DNA from: Rhodobacter capsulatus SB 1003
Lineage (GTDB): Bacteria; Pseudomonadota; Alphaproteobacteria; Rhodobacterales; Rhodobacteraceae
Direction: 5' to 3'
Assembly (NCBI RefSeq): GCF_000021865.1
Contig: NC_014034.1
Coordinates: forward strand, 2,550,001-2,582,000
DNA: 32,000 nucleotides
Position numbers and translations under genes: made by a program
Part shown: positions 7,729-15,265 of the stretch, piece by piece
Layout: each line of letters starts with the position of its first letter
Position numbering within the stretch: the first letter of the stretch is position 1
The notes under the pieces: model-generated
Told to the model about the DNA's origin: nothing
Database searches by the model: none
The model's input: the letters and a program-made list of their open reading frames with translations, nothing else

Positions 7729-7805
7729 GGCCCTCTCCTCCTCCCTGGGCCGAGGTTATCGCGGCGGCGCTCTCTCCTCCTCCCTGAGCGCCGCCGCTTT
7801 CTTTT
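7729..7805 (+). ncRNA. CcsR/'cuckoo'-type sRNA unit 4 (ends in the operon terminator)
   Basis: Hairpin 7 is GGCCC/GGGCC with loop TCTCCTCCTCCCT. Hairpin 8 is GCGGCGGCGCTC/GAGCGCCGCCGC with the same loop, followed by TTTCTTTT. Confidence 0.75.
7761..7805 (+). terminator. Intrinsic terminator of the DUF1127-CcsR transcript
   Basis: A 12-bp GC-rich stem (7761-7772 / 7786-7797) is followed by the T-tract TTTCTTTT (7798-7805). Confidence 0.8.
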
Positions 7806-7820
7806 GCGCCACCCAAAGGC

Positions 7821-7879
7821 GGGGGGCGCTGCCCCCCGGCGCTGACGCGCTCCCCCCGGCGTATTTGCACCAAGAAAAA
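7821..7879 (+). repeat. Intergenic mosaic repeat, locus R2 (GC hairpin D plus module A)
   Basis: GGGGGGCGCTGCCCCCC (7821-7837), then cggcgctgacgcgctcccccc, then GCGTATTTGCACCAAGAAAAA (7859-7879). This is the reverse-complement architecture of locus R3 (9879-9941). Confidence 0.8.
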
Positions 7880-7936
7880 GCAGCCCCTTGCAGAGGGGCC
7901 GAGACCGGGTCAGGAAGGCGGGAAAGGGAGGACGCG

Positions 7937-8734
7937 ATGCTGTCTTATCAACATGCCTATCACGCCGGAAATCTGGCCGATGTGCACAAGCATGCGCTGA
8001 TGGCGGCGCTGCTCGACTACATGACGCGCAAGGACAAGCCCTTGTCCTACATGGAAACCCATGCCGGGCGCGGGCTTTATGCGCTTGATGGCGCCGAGGC
8101 GGCGAAGACGGGCGAGGCGGCGGCGGGGATCGCGCGGGCCGAGGCCGGGCGCTGGTTTGCCCCCGATCACCCCTACAGCCGGGCGCTGGCCGCGGTGCGC
8201 AAGGCGCATGGGCCCGCCGCCTATCCGGGCTCGCCGCTGCTGGCGGCAACGCTGTTGCGGCCGGTGGATTCGCTTCAGCTGTGCGAGCTGCATCCGCAGG
8301 AATTCGCCGCGCTGAAGGCGGCGATGGCGGCGCATGGCGGGATCTTTCACCAAAAGGACGGGCTGCAGATGGCCTTGGCGATGTGTCCGCCGACGCCGCG
8401 GCGCGGGGTTCTGCTGATCGATCCCTCGTGGGAGGTGAAGTCGGATTACGAGACCGTGCCGAAGCTGGTGGGCCAGCTGGCGCGGAAATGGAACGTCGGC
8501 GTCATCGCGCTTTGGTATCCGATCCTCGCGCCCCATGTGGCGGTGGCCCCGGCTCAGCGCGCGATGGTGCGTGCGCTGATGGCGGATCACCCCGAGGCGC
8601 TTTTGTCCGAGGTGCAGTTTCCCCCCGCGCGCGAGGGCCACGGGATGGTGGGCTCGGGCATGGTGTTGCTGAACCCGCCCTGGGGCCTCGACGAGGAAGC
8701 GGCGCAGATCGGGCGCCGCTTCGCAAAGCTGTGA
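7937..8734 (+). CDS. rlmJ: 23S rRNA (adenine2030-N6)-methyltransferase RlmJ
   Basis: The start is placed at MLSYQHAYHAGNLADVHKH (compare E. coli RlmJ MLSYRHSFHAGNHADVLKH), with a GGGAGGA RBS at 7926-7932. 265 aa. Confidence 0.9.
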   Translation: MLSYQHAYHAGNLADVHKHALMAALLDYMTRKDKPLSYMETHAGRGLYALDGAEAAKTGEAAAGIARAEAGRWFAPDHPYSRALAAVRKAHGPAAYPGSPLLAATLLRPVDSLQLCELHPQEFAALKAAMAAHGGIFHQKDGLQMALAMCPPTPRRGVLLIDPSWEVKSDYETVPKLVGQLARKWNVGVIALWYPILAPHVAVAPAQRAMVRALMADHPEALLSEVQFPPAREGHGMVGSGMVLLNPPWGLDEEAAQIGRRFAKL

Positions 8735-8740
8735 GGGGGC

Positions 8741-8989
8741 TCAGGAGCGGCGCATCATCCCGGCCGCCAGCACCCAGAGGATGCAGACCGGCCAGACCGC
8801 AAGCGGCGCAAAGCCCATGGTGAAGATCGCGCCCACCAGCGCCACCAGGATCAGCGCCACCCCGCCGCGGACCGAGGTGTAAAGCAGCCCGACCGGGCCA
8901 AAGAGCACGACCAGCAAAAGCGCCAGCGGTTCATGGTGAAAGCCGACTTCGGCGGGGGTTTCGGAGGCATTGGCGGTGACGGTGGACAT
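8741..8989 (-). CDS. Small hydrophobic membrane protein, unknown family
   Basis: 82 aa. An AGGAG RBS lies 6 nt upstream of the ATG (plus-strand ctcct at 8996-9000). There are 2-3 predicted TM helices and a coding-like GC3 pattern. Confidence 0.65.
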   Translation of the reverse strand: MSTVTANASETPAEVGFHHEPLALLLVVLFGPVGLLYTSVRGGVALILVALVGAIFTMGFAPLAVWPVCILWVLAAGMMRRS

Positions 8990-9109
8990 GTCTGGCTCCT
9001 GTTCAGCGCGGCCGGGCGATCCGGCCGTGATGCGCGCAGGCTCCTGCCGAAACGCGGCAGGATTGCGGCAATTCCCCGACCGGCTAAAGTTGCGCCTATT
9101 TTGCCCGGC

Positions 9110-9724
9110 TCAGCTTTCGGACTTGCCGCCCTCCTCGGGGGCGAAGCGGGCAAACAGGCGGCTTTGCGCAACAAAGAAGCCCATCAGCAGGATCGTCAGC
9201 CCGAAGGTCTTGAAATTGACCCAGGTCGCATCCGAGAAGTTGCGCCAGATCACCTCGTTGGCGATCGCCAGAAACAGGAAGAACGCCACCAGCCGCCGGG
9301 TCAGGATCACCCAGCCCTCGGCCCGCATCGGGATCGCGCCATCCATCACCAGCTGCAGCCAGGGCTTGCCGCGGATCAGGCCAAAGCCCAGCAGCGCCGC
9401 GAACAGCAGATAGATCAGCGTCGGCTTCATCTTGAAAAAGCGCGGATCGTTGAACCAGACCGACAGCCCGCCAAAGACCGTGACCAGCACCAGCGTTGCC
9501 ACCTGCATCGGCGCCAGATGGCCCGAAAGCCGCCACAGCACCGCCATCGAGGCGATCAGCACCGGCACGAAGACCGCGGTGGCCAGAACGAAACCGCCAT
9601 AGGTCTCGCCGCCCAGCGTCACGGGATGGTCGCGCAGCAGGAAGAAGGCCGCAAAGAAAACCACCAGCGGCCCGAAATCAAGCGCGAGCTTCAGCCCCTG
9701 CGGTATCGGTTTGCGTTCTGCCAT
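9110..9724 (-). CDS. yciB: Intracellular septation protein A (YciB/IspZ family inner membrane protein)
   Basis: The start is placed at MAERKPIPQGLKLALDFGPLVVFF (cat at 9722-9724, GGAGGGGG RBS). It shows YciB-like motifs (DF.PLVVFF; W.NFK.FG) and the conserved ftsY-yciB neighbourhood. Confidence 0.88.
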   Translation of the reverse strand: MAERKPIPQGLKLALDFGPLVVFFAAFFLLRDHPVTLGGETYGGFVLATAVFVPVLIASMAVLWRLSGHLAPMQVATLVLVTVFGGLSVWFNDPRFFKMKPTLIYLLFAALLGFGLIRGKPWLQLVMDGAIPMRAEGWVILTRRLVAFFLFLAIANEVIWRNFSDATWVNFKTFGLTILLMGFFVAQSRLFARFAPEEGGKSES

Positions 9725-9878
9725 CTGTCCCCCTCCGCGGCTGCCCGCGCTCCGGGCGCCTCTCCCATCGGGCGACCCGCGCCTGATAAATAGGCAAGGA
9801 CGGGCGCAAGGACAGGGCTTTTCGTCGCCCGGTGCGGTTTCCTGACAGGATTGTGTCCTTCGCGCCGCAGCAGGCCCG

Positions 9879-9992
9879 CTTTTCCTTGGGCGAAACGCCG
9901 GGGGGTTGCGCGTCAGCGCAAGGGGGGGGCAGCGCCCCCCCGAAGCGCCTGAGGCGCGGCGGGCTTGCCCGCCCAACGAAGGCGCAACCACC
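9879..9992 (-). repeat. Intergenic mosaic repeat, locus R3 (degenerate module A, GC hairpin D, module E)
   Basis: CTTTTCCTTGGGCGAAACGCC (9879-9899), then ggggggttgcgcgtcagcgcaa, then GGGGGGGGCAGCGCCCCCCC (9922-9941), then a 52-nt module E (9941-9992). Module E is about 90% identical to 16670-16721 and ends 1 nt from the ftsY stop codon (9994-9996). Confidence 0.8.
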
Positions 9993-9993
9993 T

Positions 9994-11433
9994 TCAGTCG
10001 GCTTCGATCCCCACCAGCGCGGCGGCGAATTCCTCGGGATCGAAGGGCGACAGATCGTCGATCTGCTCGCCCACCCCGATCGCATGGATCGGCAGGCCGA
10101 ACTTGTCGGCGAGCGCGACCAGCACGCCGCCCTTCGCCGTGCCGTCGAGCTTCGTCATCACCAGCCCCGAGACGTCCGAGATCTTGCGGAACACCTCGAC
10201 CTGCGCCAGCGCATTCTGCCCGGTCGTCGCATCGAGCACCAAAAGCGTGTTATGCGGCGCGGACTCGTCGATCTTGCGGATCACCCGCACGATCTTCGCC
10301 AGCTCCTCCATCAGATCGGCGCGGTTCTGCAGCCGCCCGGCAGTGTCGATCATCAGCAGATCCACCCCCTCAGCCGCCGCCCGCGTCAGCGCGTCATAGG
10401 CGAACGAGGCCGGGTCCGCCCCCTCGGGCGCGGTCATCACCGGCACCCCGGCGCGGTCGCCCCAGACCTTCAGCTGCTCGACCGCCGCGGCGCGGAACGT
10501 GTCGCCCGCGGCGATGATCACCGATTTGCCCGCGGCGCGGAACTGCGACGCGAGCTTGCCGATCGTCGTCGTCTTGCCCGAGCCGTTCACGCCGACGACC
10601 AGCACCACCTGCGGGCGGCGCGCATAAAGCGGCATCGGCCGCGCCACGGGCTCCATGATCCGCGCCACTTCGGCGGCCAGAATGTCCTTGAGTTCCGGCA
10701 CCGAAAGCTTGCGCCCCATCCGCCCCTCGGCCAGGTTCGCCGTCACCCGCAGCGCCGTATCCACCCCCATGTCGGCGGCGATCAACAGATCCTCGATGCT
10801 TTCGAGCATCGCATCGTCCAGCACCCGGCGCGGCACGTCGGGACGGCTGACCAGACGCCCCAGCAGCCCCGCCCGCCCGGGCGCCACCGCGGCGACAGGC
10901 TCCGGCTGCGGCGCGGGTTCGGGTTCCGGCTCGGGTTCGGGCGCGGTTTCAGGCTCGGACCCGTTGCCACCCCGCCCCAGCAGGCGACCAAAGAAGCCGC
11001 GTTTGGCAGGCTCCGGTTCCGCCACGGGCTCGGGGTCCGGCTCAGCCGCAGGTTCGGGCTCAGGCTCCACCACGGGTTCGGGTTCGGGTTCCGCCACGGG
11101 TTCCGGTTCCGCAACGGGTTCAGGCTCCGGCTCCGCCACGGGTTCGGGTTCCGGCTCCACCGCAGGTTCAGGTTCCGGCTCCACCACGGGCTCCGGCTCC
11201 GGTTCCACCGCGGGCTCCGGCTCCGGTTCCACCGCGGGCTCCGGCTCCTGTTCCACCGCGGGCTCCGGCTCCACCACAGGTTCGGGTTCCGGCGCCGCCA
11301 CCGGCGCGGCCAAAGCCTCGGCTTCGGGCTCCGGTGTGGTGTCCGGCGCCTCGGCGATGATCGCGTCAAGCCCTTCCTCGATCTTCGAGGACGAGCGTGT
11401 GAGCCGGGACTTCAGCTTGTTGAAGAACGACAT
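9994..11433 (-). CDS. ftsY: Signal recognition particle receptor FtsY
   Basis: The start is placed at [11 protein letters not shown] (cat at 11431-11433, GGAGG RBS). The protein has an acidic A-domain and an NG domain with [15 protein letters not shown] and TKLDG motifs. Confidence 0.93.
   Translation of the reverse strand: MSFFNKLKSRLTRSSSKIEEGLDAIIAEAPDTTPEPEAEALAAPVAAPEPEPVVEPEPAVEQEPEPAVEPEPEPAVEPEPEPVVEPEPEPAVEPEPEPVAEPEPEPVAEPEPVAEPEPEPVVEPEPEPAAEPDPEPVAEPEPAKRGFFGRLLGRGGNGSEPETAPEPEPEPEPAPQPEPVAAVAPGRAGLLGRLVSRPDVPRRVLDDAMLESIEDLLIAADMGVDTALRVTANLAEGRMGRKLSVPELKDILAAEVARIMEPVARPMPLYARRPQVVLVVGVNGSGKTTTIGKLASQFRAAGKSVIIAAGDTFRAAAVEQLKVWGDRAGVPVMTAPEGADPASFAYDALTRAAAEGVDLLMIDTAGRLQNRADLMEELAKIVRVIRKIDESAPHNTLLVLDATTGQNALAQVEVFRKISDVSGLVMTKLDGTAKGGVLVALADKFGLPIHAIGVGEQIDDLSPFDPEEFAAALVGIEAD
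10894..11334 (-). repeat. In-frame coding tandem repeat (EPEPEPxV units) in the FtsY A-domain
   Basis: About 12 consecutive EPEPEP(A/V)V-type octapeptide units span residues ~34-142, with a second EP-rich block at residues ~159-180. The DNA shows matching 24-nt periodic repeats (ggttccggctccaccgcgggctcc...). Confidence 0.85.
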
Positions 11434-11786
11434 CGGAGCCTCCGTTTTGCAAATCCCTACCGGATCGGGGGGAAAGAGGGAAGGGAGAAGCCCGGACCGG
11501 CGCCCTTCCCCGCCAGGACCCGGCGAAAAGGACGACTCGCCCGGCCGCGACGGCGCCCCGGCGCCCGGTCCCGCGGCCGGATTTCCGCATCGCGCCCCCG
11601 CCCGGCAAAGGCGACGCATCGCCACAGCGCCCGCCGATCCGCGCTGCCTGCGGGCAAAATCCGCCCGAGGGCGGGTGCTTGCGCGGAAATCCGGCCTTGC
11701 GGCAAGTCGTCGCCCTGCGGTTTCCGCAAAGCCGTCTAAAGTGCGCGCTCAAGTCGGAGCCATCTCATGCCGGAGTAAACCGCATC

Positions 11787-13124
11787 ATGACTGAAAAGCC
11801 CGCTGAACTGTCCTTCGCGAAATTCATGGTCGCCCTGCGCAGCCTGCGCAAGATCGGCCGCGAAACCCCCGACGTGGACACTTTCGCTCTCTTCGCCTTC
11901 GCCCCGGTGCCGCTGATCTTCCTTGGCGCGCTGTTCGGAGGCATCTTCTCCTGGCTGGCCATCGCCTGGATCACCGTCGGCATCTTCGTGCTCGACCGCC
12001 GCGCGCCCAAGCCCGCCCCCGACGCCCCCGAGGGCGCCGCCTTCCCGAAAGCCGACAAGCTCTCCTCGGCGCTGGCCATCACCCATTTCGTGCTCTTGCC
12101 GATCGTCGTCGCCTCGCTCGCGGGCTTTGCGGGCATCTCGACCATGGGCACGCTGGGGCTGATGATCGCCGCCGCGCTCTGGTTCGGGCAGGTCTCGAAT
12201 GCCAATGCGCATGAGCTGATCCACCGCGCCGACCGGAAATTGTTCAACCTCGGCAAGTGGGTCTATATCTCGCTGCTTTATGGCCACCATGTTTCGGCGC
12301 ACCGGCTGGTGCACCATGTCTCGGTGGCGACCCCCGCCGATCCGGCCACGGCGACGCTGGGCGAAAGCTACTGGAATTACGCCTCGCGCACGTGGTCGGA
12401 ATCCTTCAAGGCGGGCTACGCCAAGGAAAAGGCGATCATCGAGGCGCGGATCAAGGCCAATCCGGGCAAGCCCACGATCCGGGAACGGATCAACCGCATC
12501 AACCCCTATGCCACCTATGTTCTGGGGGGCCTTTGGTTCGTGATCGGCGCCGGGCTTCTGTTCGGCTCGGCCGGGTTTGCCAGCTTCCTGTTCCTCTGCG
12601 CGCTGACCCAGGCGCAGCTGATGCTCTCGGATTACGTCCAGCATTACGGCCTTGTGCGAAAGGAAACCGCGCCGGGCGACTATGAACCGGTGAGTGCCGC
12701 GCACAGCTGGGACGCGATCGAAACCGGCTCGGCCTTGATGATGCTGAACGCGCCGCGCCATTCCGATCACCACGCCCATCCCGCGCGCCCCTATCCGGCG
12801 CTGCAACTGGGCGATCTGAAGGAACCGGGCCGCCCGATCCTGCCCTACAGCCTGCCGGTGATGGCGATGCTGGCGCTGGTGCCCTCGCAATTCGCCAAGC
12901 TGATGGATCACCGCGTGCTGGCCGTGCGCAAGGGCGAAAGCGTCTACAGCGAACCGAAGCCGAAACAGGCCCCGGCGCCCGCCGCCGCGCCGACCGATGC
13001 GCCGACCGACGACGCCGGGCCTTTGGTCCTGACGGACGCCGAACCGGCCGAGGCCCCCGCGCCGGAGGTCAGCCAGGCCCCCGCCGCCCCGGCCGCGGCC
13101 GAACGGGAAAAGGCCGACGCCTGA
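11787..13124 (+). CDS. alkB: Alkane 1-monooxygenase-type membrane di-iron hydroxylase (AlkB family)
   Basis: The start is placed at MTEKPAEL (11787). All AlkB signature boxes are present: HELIHR, HHVSVATPADPA, NYxxHYGL-like DYVQHYGL, and RHSDHHAHPARPY. There are multiple TM helices and a C-terminal tail of about 70 aa rich in Pro and Ala. Confidence 0.85.
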   Translation: MTEKPAELSFAKFMVALRSLRKIGRETPDVDTFALFAFAPVPLIFLGALFGGIFSWLAIAWITVGIFVLDRRAPKPAPDAPEGAAFPKADKLSSALAITHFVLLPIVVASLAGFAGISTMGTLGLMIAAALWFGQVSNANAHELIHRADRKLFNLGKWVYISLLYGHHVSAHRLVHHVSVATPADPATATLGESYWNYASRTWSESFKAGYAKEKAIIEARIKANPGKPTIRERINRINPYATYVLGGLWFVIGAGLLFGSAGFASFLFLCALTQAQLMLSDYVQHYGLVRKETAPGDYEPVSAAHSWDAIETGSALMMLNAPRHSDHHAHPARPYPALQLGDLKEPGRPILPYSLPVMAMLALVPSQFAKLMDHRVLAVRKGESVYSEPKPKQAPAPAAAPTDAPTDDAGPLVLTDAEPAEAPAPEVSQAPAAPAAAEREKADA

Positions 13125-13191
13125 AAATCACGCAGGCGTGGCTTCCCACGCCTGCCCCGATACGGCAAGCTGGGCGCAAAGGGAGACCCCG

Positions 13192-13602
13192 ATGCGCCCA
13201 GTTTTCATTTCACTCGCCCTCGCCCTGACGCCGCTGGCCGCGCTGGCCGAAGACATCGGCCCGCCGCTCACCGCCGAGCAGTTCGACGCGCTGACGCTGG
13301 GCAAGACGATCACCTATTCGGCCGGGAACACCACCTACGGCATCGAGGAATACCGCCCCGGCCGCAAGGTCGTCTGGGCCTTCGCCGCGGGCGATTGCGA
13401 GGAAGGCGACTGGTTTCCGCAGGGCGAGCAGATCTGCTTCGACTACCACAGCCCCGATGTCGGCCTGCAATGCTGGACCTTCCATCTGCAGGGCGATGCG
13501 CTGGTCGCCTGGTTCGAAGGCAAACGCGACGGCGCGCCCCTCGTCTCGCTTGACACCAGCGCCGCGCCGCTCAACTGCCCCGGGCCCGAGGTCGGGGTCT
13601 GA
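13192..13602 (+). CDS. Small secreted/periplasmic protein, unknown function
   Basis: The start is placed at MRPVFISLALALTPLAALA (signal peptide, AxA cleavage site), with a GGGAG RBS 6 nt upstream. The mature part contains four Cys. No family recognised. Confidence 0.7.
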   Translation: MRPVFISLALALTPLAALAEDIGPPLTAEQFDALTLGKTITYSAGNTTYGIEEYRPGRKVVWAFAAGDCEEGDWFPQGEQICFDYHSPDVGLQCWTFHLQGDALVAWFEGKRDGAPLVSLDTSAAPLNCPGPEVGV

Positions 13603-13636
13603 CCGACCGCGCGCCCGGCCCCGGCGTCGGCAAGAT

Positions 13637-13686
13637 GCGTATTTGCACCAAGAAAAAACATGGGCTTTTTCTTGGTGCAAATACGC
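13637..13686. repeat. Intergenic mosaic repeat, locus R4 (two module A copies head-to-head, 21-bp perfect hairpin)
   Basis: GCGTATTTGCACCAAGAAAAA (13637-13657), loop acatgggc, then TTTTTCTTGGTGCAAATACGC (13666-13686). Flanking CAAG/CTTG and CCGGCG/CGCCGG extend the stem. It lies between the convergent genes ending at 13602 and 13717. Confidence 0.9.
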
Positions 13687-13716
13687 CCTTGCGCCGGGTC
13701 GTCGCGGGAAAGCCCC

Positions 13717-15180
13717 TCAGAACAAGGAGCCCTGATCGGGCGGAGTTTTCGCCGCTTTGCGCGGTTTTGCCGCCGGTTTCGGGGCGGGCGCAGGCGGCGG
13801 CGCATCGGAGGGAAGGACGCGCAGGCGGCCATCCTGAAACTCGATCTCGAGCGGCGCCAGCCCTGCCGCGGTGGCGGCAGAGGTCAGCACCTGATCGGCC
13901 GGGCCGCGCACCACCGCATAGCCGCGCCGCAGCGTCTCCTGATAGCCGAGCGTCTGCAACATCGCGGCGAGCCGCGCGAACCGGTCCTGCGCGCGCGTCA
14001 GCCGGGCCTGCTCTGCGCGGAGAAGCCGGTCGGAAAGCCCCGCCAGCCGGTCGCGTTCGACCCGCAGATAGGTCTGCAAAAGCTTGGGCGAGATCCGCGC
14101 TTCCAGCGGCGCAAAGGCCGCGCGCTTGCGCACGACGACCATCCGCAGCGCGGGCAAAAGCCGGTCGGCCACCAGATCGAAGCGCTGCCGCCGCGGCCGG
14201 GTGATCGCCTCGGGGCGGCCGAGCGCGCGGGAGAGATCGGCCAGACGCTGCGCCCGGCTGGCCATCCGGGTCTGGGTGGCGCGGCTGATCCGGGCCTGCA
14301 TTTCCGAAAGCCGGGTGGCCAGTTCGGCGCGCACCGGCACCGCCATTTCCGCCGCCGCCGTCGGCGTCGGCGCGCGGCGATCGGCGGCAAAGTCGATCAG
14401 CGTCGTGTCGGTTTCATGCCCCACCGCGGAAATCAGCGGGATCTTGCTCTCCGCCGCCGCGCGCACGACCGCTTCCTCGTTGAAGCCCCAGAGGTCCTCG
14501 AGCGAGCCGCCGCCCCGCGCGACGATGATCAGATCGGGGCGCGGCACCTTGCCCCCCGGCGCGAGCGCGTTGAAGCCGCGGATCGCCGCCGCGACCTCGG
14601 CCGCGCAGGCCTGGCCCTGCACCGCAACGGGCCAGATCAGCACCCGGCGCGGAAAGCGGTCGCGCAGACGGTGCAGGATGTCGCGAATGACCGCCCCCGA
14701 GGGCGAAGTGACCACCCCGATCACCGCGGGCAAATACGGGATCGGCTTTTTCCGCGCCGGATCGAAGAGCCCCTCGGCCGCCAGCGCCTTGCGCCGGGCC
14801 TCGAGCATCGCCATCAAGGCCCCCGCCCCCGCGGGTTCGACATCATCGACGATCAGCTGATATTTCGACTGCCCCGGAAAGGTGGTCAACTTGCCGGTGG
14901 CGATGACCTCCATCCCCTCCTCGGGGCGGATCTGCATCCGCGCCACCTGCCCCTTCCAGCTGACCGCGGCGATCACCGCATTCGGATCCTTGAGGTCGAA
15001 GTAAAGATGCCCAGAGCCGGGACGGCTGACCCGCCCGACCTCGCCGCGCACGCGCACGCGGGTGAATTCGCCCTCGATCACCCGCTTCACCGCGCCCGAG
15101 ATTTCCGAGACGGTGAATTCGGGGGTGTTGCCGGAGGGGCCGGTTTTCGAAGCCTCGGGGCCGTCGTCCAGGATGTCCAT
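13717..15180 (-). CDS. xseA: Exodeoxyribonuclease VII large subunit
   Basis: The start is placed at MDILDDGPEA (cat at 15178-15180). It has an N-terminal OB fold (VRVRGEVGRVSRPGSGHLYFDLKD), a catalytic core (IIVARGGGSLEDLWGFN) and a C-terminal coiled-coil. The upstream part of the tracked 742-aa ORF is antisense to purD and is rejected. Confidence 0.92.
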   Translation of the reverse strand: MDILDDGPEASKTGPSGNTPEFTVSEISGAVKRVIEGEFTRVRVRGEVGRVSRPGSGHLYFDLKDPNAVIAAVSWKGQVARMQIRPEEGMEVIATGKLTTFPGQSKYQLIVDDVEPAGAGALMAMLEARRKALAAEGLFDPARKKPIPYLPAVIGVVTSPSGAVIRDILHRLRDRFPRRVLIWPVAVQGQACAAEVAAAIRGFNALAPGGKVPRPDLIIVARGGGSLEDLWGFNEEAVVRAAAESKIPLISAVGHETDTTLIDFAADRRAPTPTAAAEMAVPVRAELATRLSEMQARISRATQTRMASRAQRLADLSRALGRPEAITRPRRQRFDLVADRLLPALRMVVVRKRAAFAPLEARISPKLLQTYLRVERDRLAGLSDRLLRAEQARLTRAQDRFARLAAMLQTLGYQETLRRGYAVVRGPADQVLTSAATAAGLAPLEIEFQDGRLRVLPSDAPPPAPAPKPAAKPRKAAKTPPDQGSLF

Positions 15181-15265
15181 GTCGCCTTGCCTGATGTGTC
15201 GCGAAACCTTAGAAGGCGCGAAAGCCGAGGCCAAGGGCCATTGCGGCCACAAACGGGGGAACCGC

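Noticed and set aside
7461-7805. The eight regularly recurring 13-nt TCTCCTCCTCCCT motifs could be read as a CRISPR array.
   Set aside because: The conserved unit is only 9-13 nt and sits in hairpin loops. The sequences between them are complementary stem pairs of unequal length rather than unique spacers, and there are no cas genes. The architecture matches CcsR/cuckoo sRNAs instead.
7086-8249. 387-aa minus-strand ORF spanning the DUF1127 gene, the hairpin array and part of rlmJ, containing repeated GGGEG peptides.
   Set aside because: The GGGEG repeats are simply the reverse-complement translation of the CCTCCTCCC loops. The ORF overlaps two well-supported plus-strand genes and has no coding signature.
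11578-11730. Recurrent TTTCCGCA/TGCGGAAA-type motifs (CCGGATTTCCGCA at ~11578, TGCGCGGAAATCCGG at ~11679, GCGGTTTCCGCAAAG at ~11717) in the ftsY/alkB divergent region, as possible operator sites.
   Set aside because: The copies are short, about 100 nt apart and irregular in spacing, and the background is very GC-rich. I cannot distinguish this from chance without comparative data.
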